In this document: piece by piece, positions 38,501 to 52,137 of the stretch
Layout: every line of letters begins with the position of its first letter
Position numbering within the stretch: position 1 is the stretch's first letter
Source of the DNA: Blasia pusilla
Lineage: Eukaryota
Assembly: GCA_050084515.1 (NCBI GenBank)
Contig: CM114271.1
Span: 35,278,001 to 35,342,000 of the forward strand
DNA length: 64,000 nt
Direction: 5' to 3'
Notes under the pieces: generated by a model
What the model was told of the DNA's origin: nothing
The model's input: only the letters and a program-made list of their open reading frames with translations
Database searches by the model: none
Made by a program: the position numbers and the translations under genes

Positions 38501-39802
38501 CAGGGATTTGGAGCCTTTTTATTGCGGGACCTGCCGTTTGATGCCATCCAGTTTTGCATCTACGAGCAGTTAAAAATTTTGTACAAAAGATCTGTAAGCT
38601 GCCAGTCCTGGGCATTTGATTTACTGGAACAGCTGCTTATCTAACTTAGATGATACGCCCCACTTATTTGATTCTATGAACAAGTATAGTAGAGTTTTTA
38701 CTTGTGGAAGTATTAGTGGGTTCAAGACGAAAGAAATTCAATATTTGTTCTGGAATTTATGGCCCCCCTTGAAATAGGTTCTGAAAAAGAGTTTGTTGCC
38801 CACATTTATCGAAGCATGCTAAAGCTATCTGCACACGCCTAAGTTGCCCAACAGTCGAATTTGGGTCATTGCAATGCCAAACCTCATTTAGTGATTTATA
38901 TATTCATAGCTTCTTAGGCAACTCCAAACCTGTGATCAACTGTGTACGTCGCTGAGAAACTGCTGTAGGTGTTGACTTATGCAGGTGAAAAGGGATTTAT
39001 TTGATGCTGAGAATGCTGTCATGGGAGCATTCTCAGGTAGTGACTCTATTCTGCAACATCATTTTCAGTTTTCATGCCTGTGCCTCAGATGGGTCAGTTA
39101 GGTTGCGCCCTTTGGTAGTGAACACAAGAGTATCTGGTCACCTAATTGACCACGACTTTTTCTTCAGGTGCCGTAACAGGTGCAGTGACTACACCACTGG
39201 ATGTTATCAAGACCCGACTGATGGTGCAGGTACTTTAAGTATTCTAGTTCTAAAAATGGCAATTCAATGCATGGAAGTCCTCAAAATCACCATAATCATT
39301 CAGAAAAACAGAATCCAAGTTCCACGTTTTTTTCAACCGTTGCAAGTGTGGACAAATCATGATGGATTCCAATAGTATAGATAAAGTTCCAAATTTTGAA
39401 ACCAGAAGACTCTTCGGAGGATGATCCATTGTGAAAAACTGAGAGATTGACATCCATCTCAGGGACCTGAAGGGCACTATAAAGGCATTTCGGATTGTGT
39501 GGCAAAGATTATTAGAGAAGAGGGTGCAGGAACTCTGCTCAAGGTATGCTTCCTTTCTTGCAACCGTCTTATACCATTAGTTCACATTCAGTTGGAAAGT
39601 GTCCACTGAAGGTTTAATTTAGTTGTTCCTTTGGCTTATTTATCATGTCATGTACCGACATTGGCAGGGAATTGGGCCAAGAGTAATGTGGATCGGAATT
39701 GGGGGCTCCATCTTCTTCACAGTGCTGGAAAGAACAAAGCAGCTGCTAGCACAGAGATCCCAGCCCAAAATTGAGGATCTACCAGGAGTTAGAACTGCGT
39801 AG
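35508..39802 (+). CDS. SAMC1: S-adenosylmethionine carrier (mitochondrial carrier family), multi-exon; N-terminal exon joins uncertain
   Basis: GAIAGATAGVVVETILYPIDTIKTRLQ (36872-36956), FVGVYEPVK, IRVPTEVVKQRMQ, LLRDLPFDAIQFCIYEQLK, TTPLDVIKTRLMVQ and GIGPRVMWIGIGGSIFF. Three PxD/ExxKxR repeats; TAG at 39800-39802. Confidence 0.93.
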
Positions 39803-41066
39803 TAAATGGTACTTGTCGAATAATCATTTTTTATCACTGCGATATTAGTAACAGAAATTCATTATTTGTCACTGCCATGGAAGGGCCTTGACACCAATTG
39901 ACAGTTGAGGAAAGTAGACACCATTTACCCCATTTAACAAACCAGAAGAGTCGAACAGGGAACTTCAGTTTGTTCCCCGCCACCAAGTGTGTACCTCCAC
40001 AAATCATCCAAATCAAAGATTCTTTACTTCACCCAATTTCGCATTGATTCATTTCGCACATTTTCATTTTCAAATTGTCATTTTCATAACTTTAAAAACA
40101 AAGTGAGAAAATTATTTGTCCATCCGGACAGTCTCCGAAAATGTCCGGACATAGTCTCCTAAAATGTCTATTTATATTGACATTAGTTCGATATAAATAG
40201 ACAATTTGGGAAAATTTACACAAGGCCTTGCATCCTACTGAATATTCGATCTTTTTTTGTCCAAAAAGAGACCTATCAATGCACATGACATTCGGGGAAA
40301 TATCCCATGTAAATATGAATATGCCTGGAAAATTTGGCTACACTTGTGGTGCGATCTTTAAAATTCACATGTACCGTGAACCCATAACCCTCCTTTAAAC
40401 CCTATACCCAAGATGGATCCATATCCTATCCAAAGCTCTCTCACGTCTTCGTCGTAAGCCGTTACTAGCGTCTCCATGTCCAACACTCTAGTTAGCCGAG
40501 ATCTCGTGTGTGCCCTTGGACACAAGGCACATAGCAATGCCGATAGATAGGACAGTTGCTGCGGCGTGAATGTGACAGCTGAAAGAAGATTTCGACTCCT
40601 ACGCAGGGCACTAAACCGTTGAGAACTCTTCGAGAGATGGGGAGAAACCCAGGGAAGGAGATTAGATTACACGAATTGTACGCAGAGGACCGACTCCACT
40701 TCACTCATGTTTGCATGATCCGTTAGACAGGACTGCACGAAAAAAATACTTGTGATGATCTATGCTCAACCAGAAAGAAATTATCAACACGATTCATGGG
40801 CATATACTAGGGATGTCCGATATGTCTGATGTACTGCAAAGCGGAACCAGCAAGAAAACCCCGTAGTTTCCCAGACCTTCAGCTCCATGGACAGGCAGAC
40901 GTGGAGATGGGCAAATTCATCAAATTGAGAACAGAGCCAAAAGCAGAGTGGGCAGAGGGATTGTGAAGTTGTCACACACGACCTCGCAATTGCAAATGCA
41001 GTGTGGGGAACTTTACTAGTTCTAAACCTTTTAAACATACTCAAAACATGAATGCTAATGAATCTT

Positions 41067-42265
41067 CTACACGAGCTCAATGAATGCCATGGGCGCATTG
41101 TCCCCTCTTCTGGGCATGGTGCGAATAATGCGCGTGTACCCTCCATTCCTCTCGCCATACCTATCAGGAACTTCGGCGAAGATCGAGTGCACCAGCTGCT
41201 TGTCATAGATGAAACCCAACGCTTGACGCCGTTGGTGCAACGACCCTCCCTTCGCCAGAGTGATCATATGGTCCACATACTTCCTCATCGCTCTGGCGCG
41301 CGTCTTTGTGGTCTTGATTCTTCCATGCCTCAGCAACTCCGTCGTCAGGCCCCTCAGCAGAGCCTTGCGCTGATCCGCCGGCCTCCCTAGCTTCGGCACC
41401 TTCTTCCTGTGCCTCATGGCGAACCACTTCGACCCATTCCCGACAGCCAGGCTTAGGTCACCGAATGTCGACTCTGGGAATCACCAACACCAACACCGCC
41501 AAAAAGCCGGTGAGCCTCCAATCCCACGATCTCAGTCGAGCGGGATTGCCATCGCACGAGAATGAATTCTTAAGCTACTGCTGACCATGGATTTCCAACA
41601 AGTCACAATTGAAGACCGCGCATGGCAGTCTCACTCCATGCGTCGACGACTCACCAGCACATGCGCAGGAGTCTTGACCCTCCAGCGCTCGGCTGGCCAG
41701 CTGGTGACGACAGGGAGACGAAGTGGGAAGAGGGCAAACGGTGCGAGAAAGCCTGAATGCTACGGATGCGGGATACGCGGCAAAAGAAGAAGACCATGGC
41801 CATGGCGGTATTCTGGAGAAAACACGACGGCACTGAACTCTCACACGACAATCGCATTCCTAGCAGAGCCCGACAGGGAGAAGGAGCGACGCACAGGAAG
41901 AGAAGTTCCCCGAAAAGCAAACGAATTCCGAATCCTCCTAGAATTGAGAAGCCCGATGCCATTCTTTCTTTCTTTCATTCATTCATTCATTCACCATATC
42001 GCCGAAACAGGGAACGGTCTGCAGCACACTCACCCGTCCGCAGACGCAGCGCGTTGGACGCCCGCAAGCCCGAAAACGCAGGCAGCCCCAGCGCAGCCAC
42101 AGGTCGCCTCACAAGCACTCCCGCATTTCTCCTGCTGCTACTGCAAACCACCCTCAAAACCCCCCCACCACCACTACCAGCAGCAGCGGACGAAGCTCGC
42201 GTGGGCACTGTCACTGCCGGTAGCGCTGCGCCCAGCGCTGCCAAGCACAAGGCACCCCCCGCCAT
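41067..42265 (-). CDS. RPL17: Plastid 50S ribosomal protein L17 (exons 42265-41995 and 41473-41067)
   Basis: [37 protein letters not shown]...[27 protein letters not shown]; the transit-peptide exon splices in phase 1. Confidence 0.96.
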
Positions 42266-42946
42266 AGCTGCCAATCCTCCTCCTCCTCTCTCTCTCTCTC
42301 TCTCTCTTCAATTCTCTCCCTCTCTCTCTGAGAAACACTCGCAGTGTTTCGGGCCCTCTGGTCTGGTGAGACGAACGACAGGAAAGGCGGACAGGAAGGG
42401 AAGAAACGGATGAGGTCTCGACTGTGATCCAGCCGCTGACGTGACAGCACACCACGGGCCAGGGGCCAGGGGTAAGGCGGATAGCTTGGTGCCGGTTGCG
42501 CCGGTGGGGAGGGGCTTTTGTGGTGGAAACCGGTTTTCTTTCTTATTATTTATTTATTTATTTACTTTAGGGGTTTTTTTCTCTCTTTCTATGTCCTATC
42601 GGACTTTATAGTTTTCGTCCTCCTTATATTTTATCGTGCAATAGATATTTTTCAAATTTTTATGAAAGAGTGAAATTATTTCAAGATGTGGGATATTATT
42701 AAAACTTTTAAATTTTAAACATTAAAAAATGAATAGTCTATTTTAAATTTTTAATAAAAATTATTTTACATTGTTAAAAATTTATTTTCCTGTGTAAGGA
42801 AGGTATGTTAGTTAGTCCTAAATCCAAACCAAATATGAGTTTAAGGGTGGTGGAACCATTTTCCGTGCTAGTGCCCATTTTTTTAAGGTGCGAAATTCTT
42901 GGGACCAAGGGGTTGGCAAATACATTGGAGACACCCATTAATAACA

Positions 42947-43153
42947 CTAGTAAGGTGGCCGTGCGATGCAGCGGAATTTTTTTTTTTGAAGAGCTAGTGT
43001 ATAACCCGTGAAGGGAAAAGATTAATGATGTTGCACATAAATTGTTTTCTTGCTACCCGTAGCATGTGAAATATTTCTTTGCTGCCCAATTGCCACATGT
43101 CAAGCGCGGAGGTGTTTGCAAATCAAGAAGGCACTCTCCCATAATATTATTGA
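42947..43153 (-). mobile_element. Non-autonomous mini-Helitron (207 bp)
   Basis: Minus strand A|TCAATAATATTATGGGAGAGTGCC ... CCGCTGCATCGCACGG CCACCTTA CTAG|T. Confidence 0.85.
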
Positions 43154-43687
43154 TAAATTTGCACATACATAGATAAACAAGGGTTTCGTTAGAAACCCTT
43201 GAGACAGTGCTATCTTCCCTTAGTAACATAAACATCGATAAATGATAGGTAGACAAGGATTTTGCTAGGAGTCCCTTGCACACAAATTGAAAAGGTATCT
43301 TCCCTTTATAGCATATAAACATTGATGGAGAAAAATAGATGATGATTTTATCTCTCTTAATAACATAAACATTGACAAAGAAAAAATAGACCAGGATTTT
43401 ATGAGCAACTCCTTGCAGACCTAGTAAGAATCAATAAGGTTGCTAGCAACCTCTTATTTCGTAGCAAGTAGAGATGGTGTCGCACTATTGCTCCTTATGG
43501 GGGTGAATAAATTAAGAATGATGACCCGGTCAGTCGCAAGAGGGTCGTAACGACCTTCGTATGGCCATCGCTATTTTCTTCTAGCGAGTTCAGGATGGGT
43601 ATAACAAAGTCGCACATATTTGCGCCCTATGTTCTAAGGGCACGAATTCAGTTGAAGGTCCCGTGAACCTCATCCGTCCAAGTTGAC

Positions 43688-44170
43688 CATGAGAAAGAGT
43701 GAGTTTGGATTGAAAGGAAGAGAGTTTACAATGAGAAAGAGTGAGTTTATAATGAAAGAAAGAGAGTTTTCAATGAGAAAGAAGTCTGTTTAGAATAACT
43801 GGAAGGGAGTTTCGAATGAGAAAGAGTGAGTTTGTAATGAGAGAAAAGAAGTTTCCCATGAGAACAAGTGAGTTCAGAGTGACATAGAGGGAGCTGACGA
43901 TGAGAGAAAGGGAGTTTCCAACGAGATTTCCGGGAGTCGAGAATGAAAGAAAGGGAATTAACAATGAGATTTCCAGTTTAGAATGACAGAGAGGGAGTCC
44001 CTATTGAGAAACAGTGAGTTTAGAACGACAGAAAAGGGCAATGAATGAGAGAATGAGTGAAAGGCACCTTACAATGAGGAGGGAGTTTAGAATGCAAGAA
44101 ACGGAGTTTAGAGTGAGAAAAAGTGAGTTTAGAATGACAGAGGGAGTTCAGAGAGAGAGAGAGAGAGAGG
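43688..44170 (+). repeat. Purine-rich degenerate minisatellite (~21-bp unit AATGAGAAAGAGTGAGTTTAG) ending in (GA)n
   Basis: Recurring GAGAAAGAGTGAGTTT / GGGAGTTT(A/C)GAATG upstream of PLMT. Confidence 0.8.
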
Positions 44171-44429
44171 AACTCAGTTGTGCGGTGAGGGAATTGGTGC
44201 GCGAATTAGGCGATCTTGCGCTTCGCTCGGAAGGGCAGGGCGAGCGCTGCGGCCATGGAATCCAGGACTGCAGCTGATGCTGCATCCATGGCGCGCACCA
44301 TCGGCATTTGACGAGTCGGGCTGCGGTTGTGAGGATGGTGCAGCAGCGGAAGTGGAGATCTCCTTGAAGCGATCTCGCGCGTTTGCTCGCTCGCTCGCTT
44401 GCTTCCGCAGTGTCGTCGCGATCGTGGGG

Positions 44430-45568
44430 ATGGTGAGCATGTTGAGCTTCCAGGGGGCGGCGGTGGCGGTGGCCATCGCGCTGCCGTTCGTGTTCTACAC
44501 GCTTCTGTGGAGACGGCCGCAGCGATGGGTACAGTACTGCGGGAAGGACGTAGATCCGTCTCACCGAATGGCGGTGGTGTCGCACTCGCTCAAGCTCCTG
44601 CAGGTGCTTGCCCTGGCTTCGGTCTCCGTGTTCTCAATTCCTCCCTGGTACTGCATCGCTCTGGTTGTGGCCGGCCAATACCTCAACTACAAGTAAGCAA
44701 ATCTCTCTTCTCTTTCTGCCGAGAGCTTCTCATGGGGCTGTCCATCTGATCTGCGCTACAGCACACATGGACGGCGCTCATGCGGTTCATTGAAAACCCG
44801 TCATGTACGAACTTGTTGATCTTGTCATGTTCGTTGTTTGGAGCCGCTGTAGTGGGAAGTGATGTCATGTGGGGTCCTAATTTAGGTGGTGGAGGTAGAT
44901 TGTGCCCGAAGTAGATTCTTGGTCGGGACCCGGAGGTTCTGCTCCAGACTCGGTTTGGTAAGCCCACACTGCATAAGAGAGAATGAATCAAGGGATTTAT
45001 TGTCCGAGGGGATCCAGTAGGGCAATGGGACTTTGGTTTGCAAAGTGTGCAACAGTTTAAACATCACAGATCACAGCTTCGGTCTTCTCGAGGTCCAACT
45101 AGGGCCCTCTCTCTCTCGTTTTCTCCTTTGGTGGTTTGGTTGATGATGCTGACTGCGGAGAGACAATTTCATCAGCAGATGATTGATGGGCACAAAGGAA
45201 AAATCAGAGCTGCAAAATTATGGGATTTGGAAACATCTCGGTTGGATGCATTAAAGTGTACACATAGTTGTTTTCCATTCATACACTGAAAGATGGATTG
45301 ACTGTTGGCGTGGCGCAGAACTTACGAACTGCTAGGAGAAGCAGGTGTCTACTATGGTGCTCTCTTCGGGAAACAACTCCCATGGGTCAAGAAGTTTCCT
45401 TTTGGATACATAAGGGATCCACAGTACTGGGGTGCCATACTGAGCCTTTTGGGTGTGACATGTTGGGCTCCTTGGAAGTTCGTTCTCTTATGGATTTTAG
45501 GCTACTTCTACATGATGATCATGGAACACGAGGAAAACCCAGATCTGCGGGCCACAAAGATATCATGA
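44430..45568 (+). CDS. PLMT: Phosphatidyl-N-methylethanolamine N-methyltransferase (exons 44430-44692, 45319-45568)
   Basis: LPFVFYTLLWRRPQRWV..DPSHRMA..LKLLQ..GQYLNYK|TYELLGEAGVYYG..PWVKKFPFGYIRDPQYWGAILSL. The start could be the ATG at 44439. Confidence 0.94.
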
Positions 45569-48028
45569 ACTCAACTCTCGATATCCCTAATAGTTTCATT
45601 ACTAAAGCTCAACCTTGTGACAGCATGATGGATTTGTAAATTTTGTCCAACCTAAGAGTGAGTCTGGTCTCTCATTTAGGCACACACCCTTTGTCACAAG
45701 GCCACCCTTTACTTCATGACTCTCAAAATTGTCTCAGAACAGGATTTCGGAAAGGGTTTTTCAAAGTCACATGCGGACAAGAGGATAAAGTGCTTAAGGT
45801 GAAGTTGGAAGTTGAGGAACTGTTTAATCAATGAGCACTCTCTTTATTACTTGTAAAGTGGAGCATTTGTGCATTGCAATTTTGAAGATCTGACTATCGT
45901 CCCGGCTGTTATGCCTCCAATCAAGCCTTGGAAGTCCATCATGACCAGGTGGCAATTTGGTGTCTAGATCTCTCCGTGGAAACGATAGCGAGTTTTCAAA
46001 GTGACATTCGGTTCCTCTGAATTCATTAGGATGTCTCATATAACTGCCTGGAGGGGAGTGGGTGGAGTTGTGATGTCACGGGTGGAAGAATATCCCCCAT
46101 CCGATCCTAATATTGGTGGGGACATGATTTTGAGTGATTAGTTGATTTCCTTACATCACACCCGCAGCTAAGATGTGGAAGGGGGTCATGTCATGATTGA
46201 CTCTGATGGAAGCAACTGGGAAATGAGTGCCTCAATTGGGCGCCCATGCACACCAGTGAGTGCAACAATGCAGGACATCCTGCATGAATTTCTCTTGAAA
46301 AGGTGCTGCTCACTCAAAATCGGATTTGATTGGGTACTGATGTAGTCTTAGTAGTGAGGCCTACTTTGGAAAGGGGGCTCTAGCTGTCAAGATTCTTGAA
46401 GCACTAGAGAGGATGGAATTTGAGTGTTTCTGGCAGTAGTTCAGATTGGGTAAATATCATGGCAGTAGGTTTCGAATAAGCAGTAGCGTATGCTCATACT
46501 TGACCTGCTCAGATAGAGCTCTTACACAAGTCAAGACACCTGCTACAATGTGCCCACAGTTGCAGCAATTATTGGCTTCCTCCGCTACCAATGCCCACTG
46601 AGGAATTCGATTGCTCCTCCTCGTTTTCTTCTAGATGCAGATACGCCTGCAATTCTGTCTATCTTAACTTAGAAGATCTGGCTTGGCTGTTCCATATCAC
46701 AGTACAACTCACTACTGTCTTGGGCTTTACATCTGCAAATGACGTTAGATTTGCTGCTACTAACCCCAACTTTGTATCCTCCACTTCCGGTACTATGGAG
46801 AAGGTGGCCATTAGTAGTGCCTCCCACATGAGAACCAAATGTTTTGAAGAAATGCCCGCCCTAGACATTCTACATGCACCAAATGTTGTGAATAAAGGTA
46901 GGATTGGGACACCTCCAATGCACTGACCAAGACATCACCAACCACTGCAGTATGTAAATTGTGAGGAGATTTTGGAATATTGCTCTACGAGAAGATTTTG
47001 GATCATCGAAAGGATATAGTCAGGGGATTGTAGTGAGAGGATTTTGGGTTATAGCAATATGAGAACGTTTTGGAGTGTTGCAAGGGTTATGAAAATCTTG
47101 CAATGTAACAGGGCATCAGGTGAACTTTGAAACGAATGACATTGCTGCTTTCACCCTTCTCTCGCCACGAAAATGAAGGAGAGAGATTTGCGAACTCTAC
47201 TCCTCACAATTCATTCATTAGTCCCCTACCAAAGGCCAGACTCGTGCTCTGAACGGATGAAGGACCGGGAAATGTACGAGAACTAGAGGCAAGCAGCTGT
47301 TCAATGGATCTGCCATATATCCATGCCGAAGAAGAACGTCTGTCTATGAGGTGAGGCATTCCATGCCCAAGAAAGGAATGACAGTACCCCAACAAGTTAG
47401 AACTGCCGGGATGGATCTGTCATCTGTGCGAAAAGAAGAAAAAACGTCTGTATGTGAAGTTAAGTTTTCCATTCCCAACAAAAACGAAGGAAGTCTGTGA
47501 ACAGTTGAAAATGCCTGAGTGGTTCTGGAATCTGTGAAGAAATGAGGACGTTTGTCTATGTGGACAAGTTGCCCACTTCCCATAGGGACGAAGAAAATCT
47601 ATCAACAAATTAAAACTGCCTCAAATGTCGCGACTTTGTCACTTACCCTCTCTTGATCCCCGAAATGAAGTCATGAATTTGTCACTGATCCCAATCCATA
47701 GCTTGTTCGCTTCTGTCATCAATTGACGTCCACACTCTGACGAAGATTATGGGCCTCCTTTGGGCAGGAGCGTCATTATTTCCTCTAGTACGTTTCATTG
47801 CTCTGCGGGTGGAGATTCGGGCTCTGTCCTGTCCCCTGGGCCCGAATTAATTGTCACCAGTCGCTTGGAATTTCTGCTGCGCAAGCATCATCTTATGAAG
47901 CTCCCATGTCCCGTCATCCGTTCCCATTTTCCATCAGTAGCCTCAGCCTCTGGTTCTGCAGGAGCGTCCGTCTCTGCAATACCCTGAATGCTCAATCCAA
48001 CTGGGTTGCAACCCGCAGGAGAACTGGA

Positions 48029-49835
48029 ATGCAGGGAAGAGGAGCACAACCGGTTTTGGAGGGCTCCAGAATTGGGGTGGAGCCGTACAATCAAGCTACG
48101 GAGAAAGTAGAGGGGCTGAATGAGGGTGCTGCTCACATCGAGTGCCCAGGTTTAGTGGTCTGAACAGAACTGAATCGCAATGGCTGTTGCTGCTGTGCTC
48201 GTGAAGGCTCCATGTAAGATGCCCATGGAGCCTGTGAATCTGTTGGAGGTTCCAATTCGTAACACATCCTCGATCACCAGCTTTAGGATGCAGTGTCAAA
48301 ATTCGCGGAAGAGCGTCCCTGGCAGCATTTGCAGCCCTCTGTCGCCGTCATCACTTCCAAGCTCTAGCAGAGAGAGTAGAAATTCTGGTGGGACTGTTTG
48401 CTTACGCATCTAAGGACGCTTCTGGTTGTTGAAGAAGACTGTGAGGAGAGGTTGTGAAATACAGTGCACTGCCGATGATGTTTCAGGACGGGTCGTCATT
48501 GTCATGGGCGTCTCGGGAGCAGGGAAGTCGTGAGTACAAACCATTCGCTAGTATCTGCTTTCTTCTGCCCATTTACTTCTCGCAGCCACCATGTCCTCGT
48601 CTACGTTGTGCAGCGATAGGAAAGTCATACATCGGTCACACTGAGTAAAGGAATATCCTTCACATTCAAAATGGAGTACGTGAATGTCTCTTCGTACCCA
48701 AAATTGTGATCACTGTCACTGGCTCTTGTTTTGTCTGTGTGAAGGTGTCTGCCTCCCATTGAACCTCGTCTCAGATAATCTAGTGACAGTTGCTTCATCT
48801 GGCTCCTGATCTCGAATATGTCTGAAGTCTATCTCTGCATACATTGGTTGCACAGAACCATAGGGGAGCTGGTCAGCAAGAGGCTTGGTTGTGCATTTCT
48901 GGATGCCGATGACTTTCATCCAGTGGAAAATAGAGGTACGATTTCCTCCTCTTCCACTCATGAAGACACGGGCAGGTTTGAGCTGACTATGTAGAACTGC
49001 CAATTTTCCAGATCCACAGTAATGTGCAGTGTAGGGCACAAGAGGAGGGCAGTTCTGGCTGCGAGCACTCTTTGGTTAGAGACAAAGAGACCTTCCGTTG
49101 AAGTATCTCTCCTGTGTCTAAAACTAATCTTTTCATTCAACTGGTTTTGAGTAGTTTTTCGCTTAGAGGTCCTTGATCGTAAATGATGTGTTTCCCCGCT
49201 TCTCAACATTGTTTTCTAAGTCATAGCCCTACTAATCCACGAGTGGTGGGAGTTTTGGACGATCTACGTCTGTATTGGCGTTGAATATGTTTTTTGGAGT
49301 GGGCTGTTCACTGATGCCGTTTTTTTCATGAAGAATGATTGTAGTGCACTAATACTCCGTCTGCCTGTTGACGACAGAGAAAATGCGAAATGGGATTGCT
49401 TTGACAGAAAGTGACCGTGTACCATGGCTAGAGAAGCTTCGTGATGTGTTAGCAGATCATATGAGTAAAGGGGAATCTGTAGTCCTTGCCTGCTCGGCAC
49501 TTCGGCAAAATTACAGGGACATCCTTCGCTCTGCTGGTCCCCGTGCAGAGAAGATAGTTGGTACACAAACCCTGCAGATGCATTCCAGCCATGGAGACAC
49601 ACGGAAGAAGGTTATGTTTGTTCATCTTACTGGCACAGAGGAGCTGTTTGCATCCAGGCTTGCGGCGAGGCATAAAGAAGGCAAGCATTTCATGCCTCCG
49701 AGTTTGCTGAAATCTCAGATGGAGCTCCTGGAGCACGATGAAGACAGTGCCTCTGTGATTGCTGCAGATGCAAGTGTTAGCCCCATCGCCATTGTCGAGC
49801 ACATCATGAAGCAGCTGCCTCGCAGCGTCCAATGA
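48029..49835 (+). CDS. GntK: Gluconokinase (exons 48029-48149, 48487-48529, 48856-48935, 49378-49835)
   Basis: VIVMGVSGAGKST P-loop, FLDADDFHP..N..KM..G..LTESDRVPWL, VLACSALR..YRDILR and HFMPPSLLKSQ. The first exon is inferred from phase compatibility. Confidence 0.93.
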
Positions 49836-50222
49836 AGAAACAGTTTTGAGCACTATCTTCTCCTGTAGTGCTTAGACCTGATCCGTCTGGTCTTAGCCAT
49901 AACCAATTGTCGCCCCTCAGTCGTCAATCACCATATCTGGATCTACATATGAAACAGACCAATGATGAAAAACTGATGAGCCCTTTCTGCTCTTGTCACT
50001 AGTGCCTAGACCTGATCTGTATGGTCTTAGCCAGCACTGATTCTCGGCATTCCATCATCAGTCACCATACCTGGAACTAGATCAGCAAGAGTCAAATGAA
50101 GAAACACTGATGAGCACTATCATCTTCTGTAGTGCCTAGACCTATATGGTACTATGGACTTAGCCAGCACCAATTCTCACCACTCCATTGTTAATGACTA
50201 CACTTCGAATCAGATCAGCACG
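49831..50222 (+). repeat. Three ~130-bp tandem units starting at the gluconokinase stop codon
   Basis: AATGA.GAAA.A..T.TGAGC.CT..TAGTGC.TAGACCT..TGG.CTTAGCCA..CACCATA.CTGG at ~49831, ~49961 and ~50095. Confidence 0.88.
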
Positions 50223-51214
50223 AATTCTCAGGGCTTTCTGTGCATGTTATGGTAATGCAAACATCGACAAGAAATCCAACTTGCAATGAGCTTTTTATCA
50301 GTTAGTCCTTTGCTTGTTTTCAGGGATCAGACATCATTGAGACTCTAGAACTTCAGGATCATCTCCAATAATCACCTGCACTGCATCTGCTGAATTGCTC
50401 AAGCAGCTTCCCATGGCAGGTAGGTGCTGGCCCAAGTATGGAGCACCTTCATGCCACGCAACTCTCTATCATGTGGAAGGCCCTACTCTCCTATTGCTTT
50501 GACCCAACATACACTTCGGTTGGTAAGAAAGAACAACTGAATTTGGTTGGTAAGAAAGAACAACTGAAGCCACTTTTGTTCGATTTTGTACGGCACCCAC
50601 TTAGTGCTCGCTCCTCACCACTCAAATCACGAATCTTGCCACCTATCCAGCATGCAAAACTGCAAATGCTTTCAGGGTTTTGGGTACGAACAAGTGTCCT
50701 TGGGAAAAGTTGTCTAAAGGTTGAGGTGGTACTCAACGCTATGAGCATGCACATGCGTTTTATAGGGCTTAGGGTTTGTTCGTACTCCAAAAAGTCGATG
50801 TCCAAAAGTGAGGTGGTACTCAACGCCAAGAGAGAGAGAGCACGATGGACCACCCTCTAGCCATGAGGGCGTGCCTTCTCCACCTTTCCAGAAATATGAT
50901 ATGAAGAAATATGATTTTATTTCCTATCTATGTGGAAGCACTACTACTTTTCCCTCCCAAGCCTAAAATGACAAGAGGTGGAAGGAGATTGGATTGAAAT
51001 GAACCTTAATTAATTTTCTTGTGTCTTTACATCTTCACATAGAAACTTAATACACTTCCTCCCATCTTGGAATTTTGTGGAGACCTTATGGGGGCTTGTG
51101 GGGGCTTGTGTATTTTCCATGGCTGTTTAGAGTTTACTACGGGATCTCAATTTCCGTCCCACCTTTTTGGAGAAGTTGACCACCTCACTTTGAATAGTGG
51201 GGAGGAGATGAGAG

Positions 51215-51423
51215 TAGTTTTTTCGTGAGAACCGTTACATTTTCGGTGTTTACAAAACCGGACGGTAAATTTTGAAAATTTTCCTCATTCCGGTAGGCTA
51301 AGTAGATACAAATACAAAGGAGAACCTGCCTATGTTGTCTATTTGTGGCCGGTGATTGAGAAACTCAATTGGAAAATTTTAAATTCTTTCGGCTAGTTGA
51401 ACACGGAACCCCGATTCTACCCG
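51215..51423 (+). repeat. ~200-bp repeat; inverted copy at 55731-55936
   Basis: GAACCGTTACATTTTCGGTGTTTACAAAACC..AAATTTTGAAAATTTT..TTCCGG..GGCCGGT is the imperfect reverse complement of 55731-55936. Confidence 0.7.
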
Positions 51424-52137
51424 GATATTGGAGGAGATGCCATCATATAATTTTGGAAGGAAAATAAATGCCTATTGAAGTCTTGGAATGCTACTTTGAG
51501 AAAGTTGGGCCTATGATGTAATCTTGCAAATACATGTCCACTTACATGCATTTAATGCAAAGAAGTGAAATTTCTCAATTTTTCATATGGATTTATTTAA
51601 GTGAGTTAGAGTGGCAATGAGAATGATGAGAAAGGTAATCGTCTATGGATGTTTAATTCCATAGAAGCTTTACATTATTTTTCAAATAATCACAAAGTTG
51701 ATTGAAAAGATTTACAAAAATGCTTTCTTTGATGTTTAGGTAAGAAAGTTTTCAAATATAGTGGAATATTTGATCTATTTACTTTAATTTAGATGCGTCA
51801 CTTCTATTCCTAACTTGAATCTTTTTCTTTGTCTTGCTCTACAATTTTATACATAATTGGCCATGAGAAAATACACTAGAGAAATAAATTCCACCATTTT
51901 TGATTGAAATTTTTTATTTAATAAGCTTTGTATGCAATGTATTATATGTCTAATCACCTTCTTTTATCAATTGAATGGGCCTCATTTACTCTTAGAATAT
52001 GGATTTAATTTCTTTATTGTATTGTAGAATTTTTTTTTTTAGAATTTTCATTTGGATTTTTTGTCTTAATCTTATATACAATTAGCCAAGATAAAATACA
52101 ACCATTGATTAATACATTCAAATTTTTTGTAAAACCC

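Noticed and set aside
41655-41815. Exon-like segment (CTCCAG|...TG|GTGAGT) in the RPL17 intron as an alternative targeting exon
   Set aside because: The ATG-containing frame is out of phase with the last exon and cassette inclusion hits a stop. It cannot be supported without transcripts.
41587-42413. Long plus-strand ORFs (226 and 218 aa)
   Set aside because: Antisense shadows of the GC-rich RPL17 transit-peptide exon.
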